From assembly GCA_013265495.1 (NCBI GenBank), contig MU058636.1:4003741-4067740 (forward strand): a stretch of 64,000 nt of DNA. The letters run 5' to 3'. Positions 1-12,800 of the stretch are shown one piece after another. The notes under the pieces were generated by a model. The model was not told where the DNA came from. It saw only the letters and a list, made by a program, of their open reading frames with translations, and did not search any database. Both the position numbers and the translations under genes were made by a program. Every line of letters begins with the position of its first letter. Positions within the stretch are counted from its first letter, which is position 1. Origin of the DNA: Vicugna vicugna (lineage: Eukaryota).

Positions 1-1758
1 AGAGTGTTTCTATTACTACAGTAAGTGTCCTGTTTCTAGGAGAGTGTCCTGTTTCCTGGAGAGTTTTTGGCTTGCTGTAGATGGTAGATATGTTGTCATT
101 TGTCGTTGGCCAAACTTCTTGATGACTCCCTTGGTATTTGAAAGGATATACATCCTTCCTAATGTAGATCTGAAAAATGGCAACAGCAAAATCTGTTTTC
201 TTGCCATCCTGGCTACCAGGAAACCGCTGTATGATACAGGGTCCATCAGCTAGAAGCACTGTAGGAAATTCTTTCTGGGAACTGACTCATCTGGGGAAGG
301 AGACAATGCATGGGGGGCCATGTGGCTCGAGAGATCATGACAGAAGAGGGGTCTTTTGGGGGCTGGCAGCTGAGACAGTGGCTCCCTGATGGTGCGTTTC
401 TAAATCTGAGGGTGTAGAGGTGCTGAGGGCCTGGCAGGTGCTGCGGCTCCGGCTTAACACTTCTCTCGGAACCCCCTCAGGCTGGGCCTGTGACTCACTG
501 CCAGGGCTCCTGCACTGGCCAGGAGAGCAGTCTTGTCCAGGGAGACTCCATGTTAGGGGTTAACTGGCATTTTGTAGAGCTGGTCCCACGGGCACGTGAT
601 TGTCTCCTCAGTCGTGTTCACAAGGTTGCTGGAAACATCTATCAACTGGTCCAGCCCGCTCTCCTCCTGGTCGCACGTAACCACACTTTCTGCTGAGGAA
701 TGGGAGGACCCGAGGGTCTTATGTCACTGCAGTAGGGCGTGCAGGGAACTGTGGCTGAAGGAATTGGGCCAAAAGACTAATCTTTTGCACCTCTCAGGAA
801 ATTCCTGGCACCTCCCCTAGAACTCTGACATGAGAGAGGAGGCACTGGCTAAGCTCTGTGTTCAGTGTCGTCTGCTCGTACAACGCTGAGTGGCTGCCAA
901 GTAGCTACAGAATGTTTGCGGTGCATTAATATCCGTGGTCTTTCCCCATCCCTCCTCTAGCAAAAGCAAAACAAAATGAAGATGTAGACTCCACCATACA
1001 CCAAATTCAGAATTCTAGTTAGACCGCATTTCCTTTTTCTCATGATGCAGACAAGTAATCAAATAAACAGATGATGTAACCCATCCAAGATCAACTATTT
1101 TGTTGCCACGATGTATTTTAAAATGGGTTTCTAATAGGAGATTCTAATGTATTCTTCAAGAGATTGGTGTTATACGTAGAACTAAAGGAGGCATAAAGCA
1201 GCCATTGGATCTTCTGATGGTTGGCTTTTCCGGTTCCAAAGTTCGTAGGCCGACGTCATTTCCTCCTGCTATTAGGAAGTGTATCAGCATGCTTTTGGAT
1301 GCAAGTAGCGGAAACTTACTCACCATGGATTAAGGGAATATTATTGCTGTTGTTGGAAGGGGAGATCAGCTGTGTTACTGAGGACCCTGGCTCTCTCTCT
1401 CTGCTGCTGCTTGGCACACAGCATCATTTCATCCTAAATCTGGTTCGCTCTGTGGTTGGTTTCAGGGCAGTAAGGGCTGCGTGTTTCTTACTTATGTCCA
1501 GCAGTAGAGCTCCTCTAATCATGGAATGTAAGCACTATCCTCAGTGTCTAACTGGATTCTCCTGTCCAGTTAAAAGTTGATGGGGACAACTTCAGGCCCG
1601 TATGTACCAATCCCTGGACCATTAAGAGTAGAATTTCAGTGCATTGGCTGGGATCAAATTCATTCTGATCATGGAGCTCCTTTATTGGGCTGAATAATTA
1701 ATCAAATCAATATTCTCTCCAGAAGGAAGGGGAAGCTCTGTTTTGTGTAGACGAGCAA

Positions 1759-1774
1759 CAGCGCCCTCTGCAGG
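1759..1774 (-). promoter_or_regulatory. Candidate CTCF core motif
   Basis: Minus strand CCTGCAGAGGGCGCTG, close to the CTCF consensus CCRSYAGRKGGCRS (one mismatch). Confidence 0.4.
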
Positions 1775-2218
1775 AGTGTTCATTCCCTTTGTCCCCTTTC
1801 CTTGACTTCATGGAGGTTATTAAAAGGAGGAGACTGAAAAGGAGCCACTTTTGTTACTCTGTCATGCAAACTTTTTTCTTTTCTGCCCTTTTCTTTCTCT
1901 GTCATTATTTTGTCAAGGATTATTAGGAGTCAACAAAGTTCATGGATTTTTGAAAAGACATTTATTATATTGTGGTGTTTTATGTTATTTTCCAGATGCT
2001 GAAATAACGACACTACATTTGCAACAAACCTTGCCTTCATTTACTGGTCCACAGATAATTGAGTTTTCACAGCCCTTTGCTTCAGGGAAATGAAGCCCTC
2101 TTATCTTAAGATGTATATTTTTATCTGTTTTCAAACATTAAATAGTCTTCAGAATGTGTTATTCTTGTCTGACACCTCTTTTGGTTTTTAAAAAACTCTA
2201 ATTGCCTCTATTTTCTAG

Positions 2219-2282
2219 GCTTACCAAGAGGTTAAAGAGTGAATCCCTGAAATCCGACTTTACGATAGATTTAAAACACGAG
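2219..2282 (+). CDS. B3GLCT: B3GLCT coding exon (human exon 8), 64 nt
   Basis: ttttctag|G...CACGAG|gtaggt; translates [21 protein letters not shown], matching B3GLCT as recalled; 64 nt fits human c.597-660. Confidence 0.97.
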
Positions 2283-3699
2283 GTAGGTCGTGGTTGGTTT
2301 GGTGAAAAGTCTTTGTAATTAAGAGTGTCTTGACATAAAAGGTGTTTTGTGTTCCCTTAAATGTGCCCCCCCCACATCTTCTCCCAGCAGGAGACCTGCA
2401 GCACCCTGAGAGGGGCCCTTCTCTTGCAAGCTCCTCTAGGTCACGAAGGTGGAGAGGAAGGTGGGAAAGATTCTTCATCCTTTGTTTTTAAGCTCAGCGG
2501 GGTGGGGGGATCCAGAGGTGGATTTTTGAAAACATGCACAAATATTACTCAGATACCTCTGATTTTATTTGGCGCTTTGGTTGCACATGAGCCTTCGTCA
2601 CATCTCTGTGCTTGGTCCTCTGGACCAGAATCGAGCCAGATGGCCCCAAGCAGGCAGCTGTGGCCTGCTCGCCTGGACCCTCAGCACCTAGTGGACATCT
2701 GTGACCAAGTACCTGGAGGCAGGTGACAGGTGTCCCATATTAATCCACGAATCTCTCCTGAATCAGCCTTAACAAGGTCTCTGTGCATTTCATTTACGGC
2801 ACTTCTGACTGCCTGAAACAGCCATCCCTCTGTATCTTAGGACATGGGGTCAGTCTCGACAGGTCCTGAGCCCAGCAGTGCTGGCGGCCTGCCAGGAGTG
2901 AAAAACATACTCCCAAGGTTTTCATTTTGAGGAGTGTTTTTAAAGGATGAAGAAGCTTATTTGAGGAGAAATGTACATGTAAAAAAATCATTCTTTTCCA
3001 TAAAAGGGAAAGAATGACTAGTTGAAAGCCAGGGTCCATCTAGATATTTCTACTGAAAAGTCAGCTTGGGTGTGGAGACCCAGGTTTGGGAAACTATTAA
3101 ACACTGAGTAACATGCAGAAAAATGAAGGTATAAGGATCAGCCAGAATATCTGTGCTGAGGAGCTGGAACTTGACCAGGTGTTTGGAAGCCACCTGCACA
3201 CATCTCCCCAGTGGCTCCCTCACCAGAGTAAACAACTTTCTCGAATTTTCTGTTTCCCTTTTCTTCATATTGTACAAGCTTCGAATGAATCTCTGCATAA
3301 CATATTGTGCAGTGATTGCATCCTTCTGGATTCTGTGTAAGCAGAATCATACCATGAACATTGTTCTAGTTGGAAGCTCATCCGTGTTGACGGTGGGGCT
3401 TTCAAGAGCTTACGGTCGTTTTCAGGACGGTCTCTCATGTGACTGTGCCACAGCTTTGTCGTCCGTTCTCTGGCCCTGGGTTTCTGGGCTGCAACTGGCT
3501 TTTTGCTGTCACAGTTACTACTTCTAGGAGTATTTTTGTCGTGTATTATGATGATCATCTGTAAGAGCTTCTCTAGGGCAGAAGCTTTTACTCTGTTCTT
3601 TTGACTGTGACCCACTTTAAAAAGCACATTTTTTCATGGTGACTTAGTGTACTTGTGTGTTGTTATTGTGTCTTACTGATTTCTAGCTTCGTGTCGGTG

Positions 3700-5990
3700 G
3701 CCTGTACAAGTCATCTGACATATTTTTTAGGTGTAGTTCACGTTCACTTTTCATAAACGGAGAGAAGGATGTACATGCTCTAATCTGGGGGTCTAATGTT
3801 CTCTTTGTATCTGTTAGGTTAACGAAGAAATAGATTTTCACATATTTTATTTCCTCCTGCCCTCCTCCCTTCATTCCCTTCCTTCCACTGTTGCTTTGTA
3901 TGCTTGATCTCTCATTTACCAAGGGAGGAGTGTGAAAATCTTCCAGAATAGTGGGACAGTGTCTTCTTGGGGACCTGCCATCTCTCGCTATTTATACTCT
4001 GAAGCTATGTTAATTAGATGCATGCAAGTTGAGAATTGTTACATCTTCTTGGTAAATTTATCTTTTATCTCTAGTGATGCTCCTTGCCTTAGAGTTAATT
4101 TTGTCGATGGGAACACTTCTGTACTAGCTTTCTTCCGGCGTTGCCTCATAACTGTTTTCCCCGCTTTCTTTCAGTCCTTTGTGTCCTCATCTTCTGATGT
4201 GTCTCTCTTAAAGAGGACGTGTGTTTTTTTCTCCTGGTTTGACAGTCTTCATCTTCAAACCATGCAGGAAATTGATGTGTACATTTTTCATGGTGAATAA
4301 CACTTTATTTTATCCTTTGTCCCTGTTTTTTTTCCTTTTAAAAATTTCCTTGCTTTTAGATTTTTTTTTTTCATTCCATTTTTTTCCCCTCCTCTGCTGT
4401 TTTGGAAGTTTAGCCTCAATGTGTGTTCCCTAATGGTTATTTTAACATGCATTCTTAACCTAACAATCCTGAAAATTCAAGGCCAGAGACTAATTTAACT
4501 CTGATTGTCCCCTCTCCCAGCTTATATGCTCTGTTGTCCAGGATTTGTGTGCTTTATTTGAACCGTGCAACTCAGATGCTATCCTGTTTACGCAGGGAGC
4601 ACCTGCGTTCGCCTCGCCCTCTGTTACCAGTGGCTGTGCTCCCTCCTCACTCTTGCTTCTCCCACCTGCCAACGGGATCATGTTTATTCTTCCTGGATTA
4701 CATCCTTCAGAATGCCCTTGTTAGTGAGGTGGCAAATTCTCAGTTTTTTTCTTTAAAAAATAATTTATTTCAGCTTTGTTCCTGAGACATAGCTGCCTTG
4801 CGTACACACTTCTAGGTTGTCAGGCGCGGTCTGTCGTCACGGTGTTGTCACCCCGCTGTGTGCTGGCTGCTGTCACTGCTGTGGTGCTGGGAGGCCGGCC
4901 CTCACTCCCCGTGGTCCCCGTGTGGGTAACCTGGCCTTTCTCTTTGGTGGCTTTTGAGACTGTCTCCTTGTCTTTGGTCTCCGCAGTGCCTCTACGGCGT
5001 GTGTGCCCTAATCCTACTTGGCATTCAGTGAGCCTTTCTAGAACAGCAATTTTACAAGATGCTCAGCCATTCCACTATTTTCTCATCCCTGTGTTGCCTC
5101 CTCCTGGGACTCTAGACTCTGCGAGGGCCGACCTTCTCCACGTTTCCCATCTCCGCATCTTGCTGTGCTCTGTTCCACATAACTGGGCTCTAGCTTTTAG
5201 CGCCCGCATTTTTAGTCAGCTGTGTCTAATATGCCATTATCTTCACCATTAAAATGTCCTTTTTAAGCCTTATATTTTTCACTCCCAGGCGTTCTAGTCA
5301 CTTCTTTTTCAGATTTTGCTCTCTTGCATAATTATATAGAACTTTGGCTCATGTTTTAAAGTTCTTCTTTTCTTTATAAAACTATTTTAGCAGTAATGCT
5401 GCCCCCAAAGCCTCTGGGGTGGGATGAGGCCGTGTCTGCTGGCTCGTCCTCACCATTGCATCCTTTGTGCTGCTTTTGGTGACTTTTCTGGGAACTCTTG
5501 CTCCCTCGGAACTCCATCCAGGGCAGCCCCCTGGGTCCTGGATTAAGGTCCTGGGGTCCTCAGGAAGGGTTTGCGTTAGCTTTTGCCTGCTGCCGGAGGC
5601 TCTTGCTGACTTAGGACCACTTTAAATTACTCTGAGCTGTTTGGGGGCCACATAGGTGACAAATTAGGGAGACCTGGTAACAAAATCTCAGAGGACATCT
5701 GGAGAGGATTTTTCTCTCCATCTAGTGCCCAGTGCCAGCGTCCTGTGCGGGTTTTGCTGACAGACACGCCCCCCGTGGGTGGGTCGCGGGCTTTGTTCTC
5801 TTAACTGACGGATCAGAACCTCTGCCTTCCCTGAGCTCAGCGGATCCCCACCCGGGAAACTACCCTCGGAGCCCTTTCCCGCAGGTTCTCACTTGTACAT
5901 TTTTGTCCTCACAAGTTCCACACTTTTGTGCCAATTTAATAATGCATTTAAAATGATTTTAAAGATATTTTATCCAACATTTTAAGGTAT
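3700..5990 (-). mobile_element. Old, degraded L1 (L1M/HAL1-like) fragments, antisense
   Basis: T-rich antisense-L1-like tracts (e.g. tagtgaggtggcaaattctcag, gctgtcactgctgtggtgctggg); boundaries approximate. Confidence 0.55.
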
Positions 5991-6384
5991 TTTTAGCTGG
6001 TTATTCAGGGTCTGTACTTGCCACCCTGTGGGAAACCAGAGTTGTGATAATATTTCCTTTTATCCTTCTCTCTGATGCTTTAGAATCCCTGAAACAGCTT
6101 CCCTGAAATTGCTATGACCACTTTGCAATCTTCTGCAGGTCAGAATATTGATTCTTAATTGTTTATGGTTAATAAAAAATTAGATTGCTCCACATGGAAT
6201 TACTAGTTTTGTAAGTTAAAAAAATCAAAAACACTTGTTGAATGTTGAATGTTGATAAACTGATGTGGTTCAACCCGACATCCCCTGGAGAAGGATGGCC
6301 TGCTTTTCTTTGAGATGCTTCCTGCCTCCACCTGCCCGCGGTGCTGGCGGAGCTTTGTCATGACGCCCGTCTCCTGTGTGACAG

Positions 6385-6504
6385 ATCGCCCTCTACATCT
6401 GGGACAGAGGCGGCGGACACCCCCTCACTCCGGTGCCCGAGTTTTGTACCGACGGTGTGGACGCGTCCTGTGCTACCACATTCCGTTCTTTTCTGCCGCT
6501 CTGT
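6385..6504 (+). CDS. B3GLCT: B3GLCT coding exon (exon 9), 120 nt
   Basis: acag|ATCGCC...CTCTGT|gtaagt; [40 protein letters not shown]; phase 0 continues from exon 8. Confidence 0.97.
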
Positions 6505-6594
6505 GTAAGTAACGCCAGGGCCTCTTCCTAGCCGTCAGAGGGAAATGCACCTGCTGTGCACAAGGCCGGCCTAGCACTTTACATGCTGAACAGT

Positions 6595-6810
6595 AAAATC
6601 AACATTTGCCGTGTGCCTGGTGAGAACTCTGTGCATCACATTTCCAGTGATGACAACCCCAGGAGGTGAGCCCTTTGTTCCCCACTTGACAGGACAGGAG
6701 GGAGGCGTGGAGAAGCTAAGCACTTGCTCAGGGTGACACAGGGACTACACAGGGAAGTGAGTGAGCTTGTGACCTGCATTCTCAGCCCAGGGCCTGTGTG
6801 CAGCGCTCGC
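6595..6810 (-). mobile_element. MIR SINE fragment
   Basis: acaaccccaggaggtgag...cccacttgacagg...gctaagcacttgctcagggtgacacag resembles the MIR core. Confidence 0.6.
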
Positions 6811-7189
6811 TCCATGGAGACTGTGTGCCCGGGGTCTGTTCTTCTGTTGACAACAGAGCATGGAGCTTGGGATTTCAGTTCTGTTCCCTAGGAAGGTGAT
6901 GAGACATTTCCCGTCAAGCTGCAGCCTTCTCCTCAAGGCCGCCCCCTTTACCCTCTCAGCCAGTGACCCCACTTTGATGTCACCTGAGACTGTCCAGAAC
7001 TTTCAGAATGAACTTCCTTGTTCTGGTGGACCCTTGGTCCAGTCCCCAGGAGGAGCCTGAAGACCCTGGCACTCAACTGGGTGGTTAACAGTTCTTCTTC
7101 ATCAGGAAAAATGGATTCAGCACCTCAAACGTTGTCTGTTATTTTCAAGTCAGTGACACAGAAGTCTGCGTGTTGCACTGTCAAAGAGG

Positions 7190-7255
7190 AATATACGTAT
7201 ACGTACACGTACACACACACACGCTCTCACACACTCATTCACATACACTCACACT
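7190..7255 (+). repeat. Degenerate (TA/CA)n simple repeat
   Basis: atatacgtatacgtacacgtacacacacacacgctctcacacac. Confidence 0.8.
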
Positions 7256-8195
7256 CTGCAACAGTAGGGGAGAAGCTGTAATGTTGGCACAGTGCCTGAG
7301 GGGGGAGTGTCTTTCTAGACATTACGCTTGCTTGTTCTTTAGTTCTTTTGGAAAGTCTGGAGGGTCTGACCTGGTGTCTTGAGTGACGTGACCAAACTAC
7401 GGTTACATGTCACTATAAACCAGCCCCAAATGATGCAGAAATCATGACTGAATATTGATTGTTCCAAGCCTAAGACAGGTGATGAGGGGGTCAGAACACC
7501 TGCCCCCCCAACCATGAAGCACCAGGGTCGGGGTGCAGGCTGCCCACAGACTCTGCCCTGTGCCCCTTCGCCTGAGTAACCAACCTGGGCTGCAGCCAGC
7601 TCAGGCCTCCAGGCTCCCGCAGGTGTTTGAAGTAGTCCTGCCTTTGGCAGAGGACGGAGCATCACTATTGCCTAGACTTGGGTTGGCAATAAAGGGCCAT
7701 AAAAATACGTCAAACATCACAGTGAGGCCGGGCTTGCAGAAGGGTGTCACCTCTTACTTTGCGCTGAAATGTCCGCCTACTTCTCCCTTCCTTTGTCAAA
7801 ATCTTCCCCAGCTGGAGAAAGGAAAGGGATGGGTGCCAGCATTTACTGAGTACCTCTGACGTGCGTAATAAATTGGTGTACTAAAAGCAGCCTGGCTGGT
7901 GGCTGCCATTCCAGCGTGCTAAACGAGCAGACTGCAGTTGAGAGAGCTGGGGACGCTGGTTCCGGTGACACTGCCTTTGTGGCAGAGCTGGGACTCTGGT
8001 GTAGGCCGGGCTGACTGCAAAGGTTTTACTGTCAGCGGAGCTACAGTTCCTTTTTTTCCTTAAAACTTAATCCTGGAAACAAGTCTGATATCCCTGACGT
8101 TGGTGAATTTGAACTTGGGAGCATGAGAGAACATGTGGGTGTGAAGTTAAGATACACTGACTCATACATGCATATATTTTTTTCTTTTCTTTTAG

Positions 8196-8345
<150 letters not shown>

Positions 8346-9283
8346 TAAACTCAAGAAAGATAATGACAGATATATTACTGAAGTGAAAGCACTTACTTAG
8401 TCAGTATTCTTCATTATACCACTTCAGTCTCCAAGATCAGTCACAGAAATAATTCTGTATTGCAGCGTGAGTGGTCATAGCCATTCTAAGGACTGATTAG
8501 AGCAGTATTTTAAATGGGAACTGGAAAAGCTCAGCTGTGGCAACTGAGGAGACAGTAAGTGGATAACAGTCCATTTTACAAAACAGCGTCCTGTGATGTC
8601 CATGCAGTCTCTGAGCTGTGGGAAAAATACCAGAGGGAATTTCAAAGTAGCAGCATGCCAGAAAGAGTGTTTTCCTGAAGACTGTTCCCTCTTTTTATAT
8701 TTATTCAAATGCAAATATTAGAACTTCAAGGATATGTACTTGCTCATACATAGATATACTGGAGAAAAGGAAAAAGGTGCCTTACAAGCAGTGGTTCCTC
8801 CTTAAGGAAATCCTGCATGCAGATGAGTGTTGTTTTCATTCAAATTTTTGGTGTCATTACAGAATTCTACTATGTTACGGTGATATTAACAAAAAAGCCT
8901 ATCCTAAATATAAATACATAGTTTATCTCTTCTTTTCACCGTATTTCAAGCAGCACTGACCTGAAATTGAGAATTAGACAGCCTTTTGCATTTTCTAATT
9001 TTAGCACATATTTTAATTTTTGTCCATGAAAAGACTCAGTTTTCAACAAGAGTGTGATATTTATATAGGAGAGATTTCTAAACCAGCTATCATTTTTGTG
9101 GGATTGGAGCTATGGGAGTTCATTTATATAATTTATGTGATAACATGATATTTACAAATTATATTTTAAATGGGAATGTATTTTCCAAATAAAAGAATAT
9201 TATAATTTGGGATCAAAGTACTGCCTAAGACACTGACATCAGTTCAAATCTGGTTATAATCAACAAGATCTTACAAGTACATT

Positions 9284-9816
9284 TGTTGACGAACTCAGGT
9301 TTGGCTGCTTGCTGCTCAAAAGCTAATGAATTCGAGAGGCAAGTGTCAGTGGGAAGGAAGGATGCTTTGATCAGAAAAGCCGGCAATCTGGGGAGAAGGT
9401 GGACTCCTGTCCACAGACCATCTCTGAAGAGTCTGCTCGGCCATGGCAATTTTTAAAAGGAACATGGGAGGGAAGAATCTCAGTGGATCACCGAGGCAGG
9501 AGGTTGGGGTCTGCAACCTTCTCCACTGCCCGCAGACTGGTGGACTCTTCAGTTGTTATCTTGCCCGTGTGATCTGCCTGCAGGATTGCTCAGGGGCTGG
9601 TGGGCCTAGAGAGCTAATCGTTCTTTAACTGCTTACTTCTTCATTCTTATTTCTTTTTATCTAGGAAAATCAACAGGTTAGGGCATGACATGCATTCAGG
9701 AGAGCATAAGTCAGGGGTTAGTTTCAGTTGCTTAGTGATCTCATTCCTATACTTAGGTTAAGGTTAGAGCGGGACAGACATGGGCAAACAGGAAAGGGTC
9801 AAAAGAGCTTCTTTCA
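9284..9816 (-). mobile_element. Solo LTR, ERV1 (gamma-like) class, 533 bp, antisense in intron 10
   Basis: Minus strand begins TGAAAG and ends AACA; perfect 4-bp TSD CATT at 9280-9283 and 9817-9820. Confidence 0.85.
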
Positions 9817-12800
9817 CATTTATTACAAAGCTTAACGGTTACCTGAAATAGACACAATAAATTCTAAGTCCTGTTAAATCAGCCTAAAGAAATATATGCA
9901 TTCATTATATAAGGAGTCCTAAAATACTATTAAAATGAATATAGCACTTAAAATGTTCATTTATCATGAGTTTAACCTGGATTTAATACCCCTTTTTTTC
10001 ATAATCTGGAAGTGCTCTGTGGGATGATTTCTGATATCTTTCATAAAAAAGTATCAAGGGACATGAACTAGGCTGCTTTTTTTTAAAACACAGCAAGCAG
10101 AAGTGCTCGAATGATTCACCTGATCTTGAAGCTGCACCTGGAACGTGATGTTGATGTTAAGAATGGGGGGTGGTATTTGCTCTTTTGAAACACATTTTTC
10201 AAGAGACAGTAAAGCAGTAAAACTGGGGACCTTCCCTGTTGTAGTTTTCATATTCCACAGAAATGAAAAAAGTTTGCTAATTTTAATTGAGTCACTTTGA
10301 ATAATCTAGCTTATTGCTTTCTTATTTTGCATAAGGTTGAGATGATCCTTTCAGATATCTATTAAATGCTTTTATATTTGAATTCTGAGTCAAAGGTCTT
10401 TAAAAATGACAAAATCTTATAGGCCTTTTAGGAGAATTGAAACCAGACCTCCCAGAGCCAGATGCATTGACTCACTGCTGTTAATTTGGACCTGCAGTCA
10501 CTGAAGCCTGAGACCTACAAGGTGTTTTAAGGATTTCACAGCTGACTTTCTGTGGCAGGCCATCTTTAAACTTGGACCTGTTTGAAAAGATGCTCTAAGA
10601 CAGCAGGGTTTTAGAGTCTTTGATGTCCATTTTTCTGGGTGGACGTGAAACCTGCCAGGCTAGTGGGCTCTGTTCCTCCGTTTGGAAGTTTAGTCCAGCC
10701 ACCCATTGGCCCAAAGAATTATCCAGTATTCATGTTAATTTCAGTGGCAACAGCTTCTAGCTGCTCATCTTTTTTTCCATTTTCTGGTGTGTTTTTCACA
10801 TACATTATATCGTCTGGTTTCATGTTGGCAGTTCCTTGTAACGTGGTAACTATTATTACTCACTCGATGTTATAGGCAAAGCTGACCGTGGAAAACATGC
10901 TGGCCCAGCTTCTCATAGGCTGAGTTGGGGAGCTGGGGCTCCAGTTTTGGGGCTCCAAATCCCCAGTTCTTTCCGCCACAGCGGAGCCATACTGTAAACT
11001 CTTTGGATGCATTACAAACCTAATGATAGTCATGTTGAAGCTCTGCTACGTTCAAGGTCAGTTGTGACTTGGTCAGAAGCCGTGGCAGAGGCTTTTTATT
11101 TTCAGTAGCAGAGAAGGGAGCCAGGAACTGAAGTCCTCGGATGATCTGAAGTATATATTGAGCTGGGAATCCAGATTGCCACCCTGTCCAGGCGTATTAC
11201 TGCTGCAGTCAAGCCAAATACATGGACTGGGTTTTTTCTGTTTCTTTCCATGTGTACTCTGGTAGAAACACTTGAAGTTACAAAAGCCAGATGACAATGA
11301 GGGAAAAAATAAATACAGACAAGACTGCTTATCTCTGATAAACTGGGAGTCGGCTACACGGCAGTGACTTACCCGGAGGCAGGCTCTCCCACATGTGCGC
11401 TGCCCCGGGTTCTGAGCGAAAGCGGACGCTAGCCACTGCCCCACTCCTGGCTCCTCCAGGAACGAGGGGGAGTGATGGAACATGCTGTTCAGGGCTCTAA
11501 TCAAGGCAAGGGAAAATACACGCTGAACTCATTCTACATACTCTTTTAATAAAATAAAAGCCAAGTACCAAAATTAGGAAAATTATTTTACATCTTGTAC
11601 TTTTAAACGTTTACGTAACTGCTTGTGTCTTCATTCTGATTTAGATGAAATAAAGCATCTTAGGACAGAGTTAGCAAAAATATATCCTATCTTTTGCTCA
11701 AGAAAGAAATACACATTGACACCATTGAAACCGCAGCACTCGCTGAGATGCAAGCAGTTGGTAGGGTCTTAAAGACACTGAAGGTTATGACATAAAGAGA
11801 CGAATTGGATAATGTGTAAAGCTGTGTCTGAGCAAGGAAAAGCTCTCTGGAGTTCTGATGTTCATCTTGATCACTTTCTCTCGGGTTACATGTTTTCCCT
11901 TGTGTGATGTGAGCCATCAGAAAACGTTACGAATGTTCTCTGCCTCATTTTGCAGGTGGTTCCCGTATGTGGCAGCCACTGTTTTTGTCAAACGGTGGGA
12001 TGGGAGATATTCCCCTCCTGCAGACTCCCTCTAATTAAAGGGGTTAAATTGCCATTTGCTCAATCTTTAGTTCCTTTTCAGTTTCCTGAGCTCCTAAAAA
12101 TACTTTACTCCTTTCAGATTAAAAAAAAAGTTTGATATCTTTACTGCAGTGATCTTGTCTAGAAGATGCAAATCTGAACACACGTATTAAAAAGAGTGTC
12201 TGGTAGCTGTGTCCCCTTTATACCTTGTAAGAGGTACTCACAAGCCTCTCTCACCAGTATGCTTATTGGAAACAGGAGGTTTGAATCAAATGCAGCCAGA
12301 TGGAAGGCCACACCCATGCTGAATGCGTGAGTAGATAAATTATTAACATAAACATCGCTTTGTTCCGTTCGCCCTGGCTGCTGCACAGGTGAGGATGCTC
12401 CAGATTGCCCTGACATGCTGTGTTAGATCAGCCGTGGGGGATGCGCTTCCATCTTACCTGCCTCGCACCTCTAGACCCAGGACTGCGAGCACACCCTTGG
12501 GGTGCTGTGGCCAACCCTCTCCTGAGAAGAGAGGAGAAACCACAGCTTTATTTTGTGGTCACTGACTTTCATACCGAGACAAAAGGTCCATTTGTCCATT
12601 AAAAATAGCAGATTCCTTAAAATCAAAACAGTCATGTACACTGGATCATGTGGTAGTTTTTGTACAGGGTTCAAGTGTCAGTTCATTTTCATTTGTAATC
12701 AGAGTTTTGCAAGTAAATTCACTGGGAGTAAAAATGTATGTTCTGTGCCTCGTAGGGAGACACATCTCTTGCCTCCAGTCTGTAAAGCAAAAGGCAAGAT

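Noticed and set aside
2283..2292. Alternative donor 4 nt downstream of exon 8 (gtag|gtcgtg)
   Set aside because: GT at +5 is common in donor consensus and the distal site is weak; no further support.
4776..5252. 158-aa ORF in intron 8
   Set aside because: It lies in degraded antisense L1-like sequence, has a non-ATG start and shows no recognisable domain.
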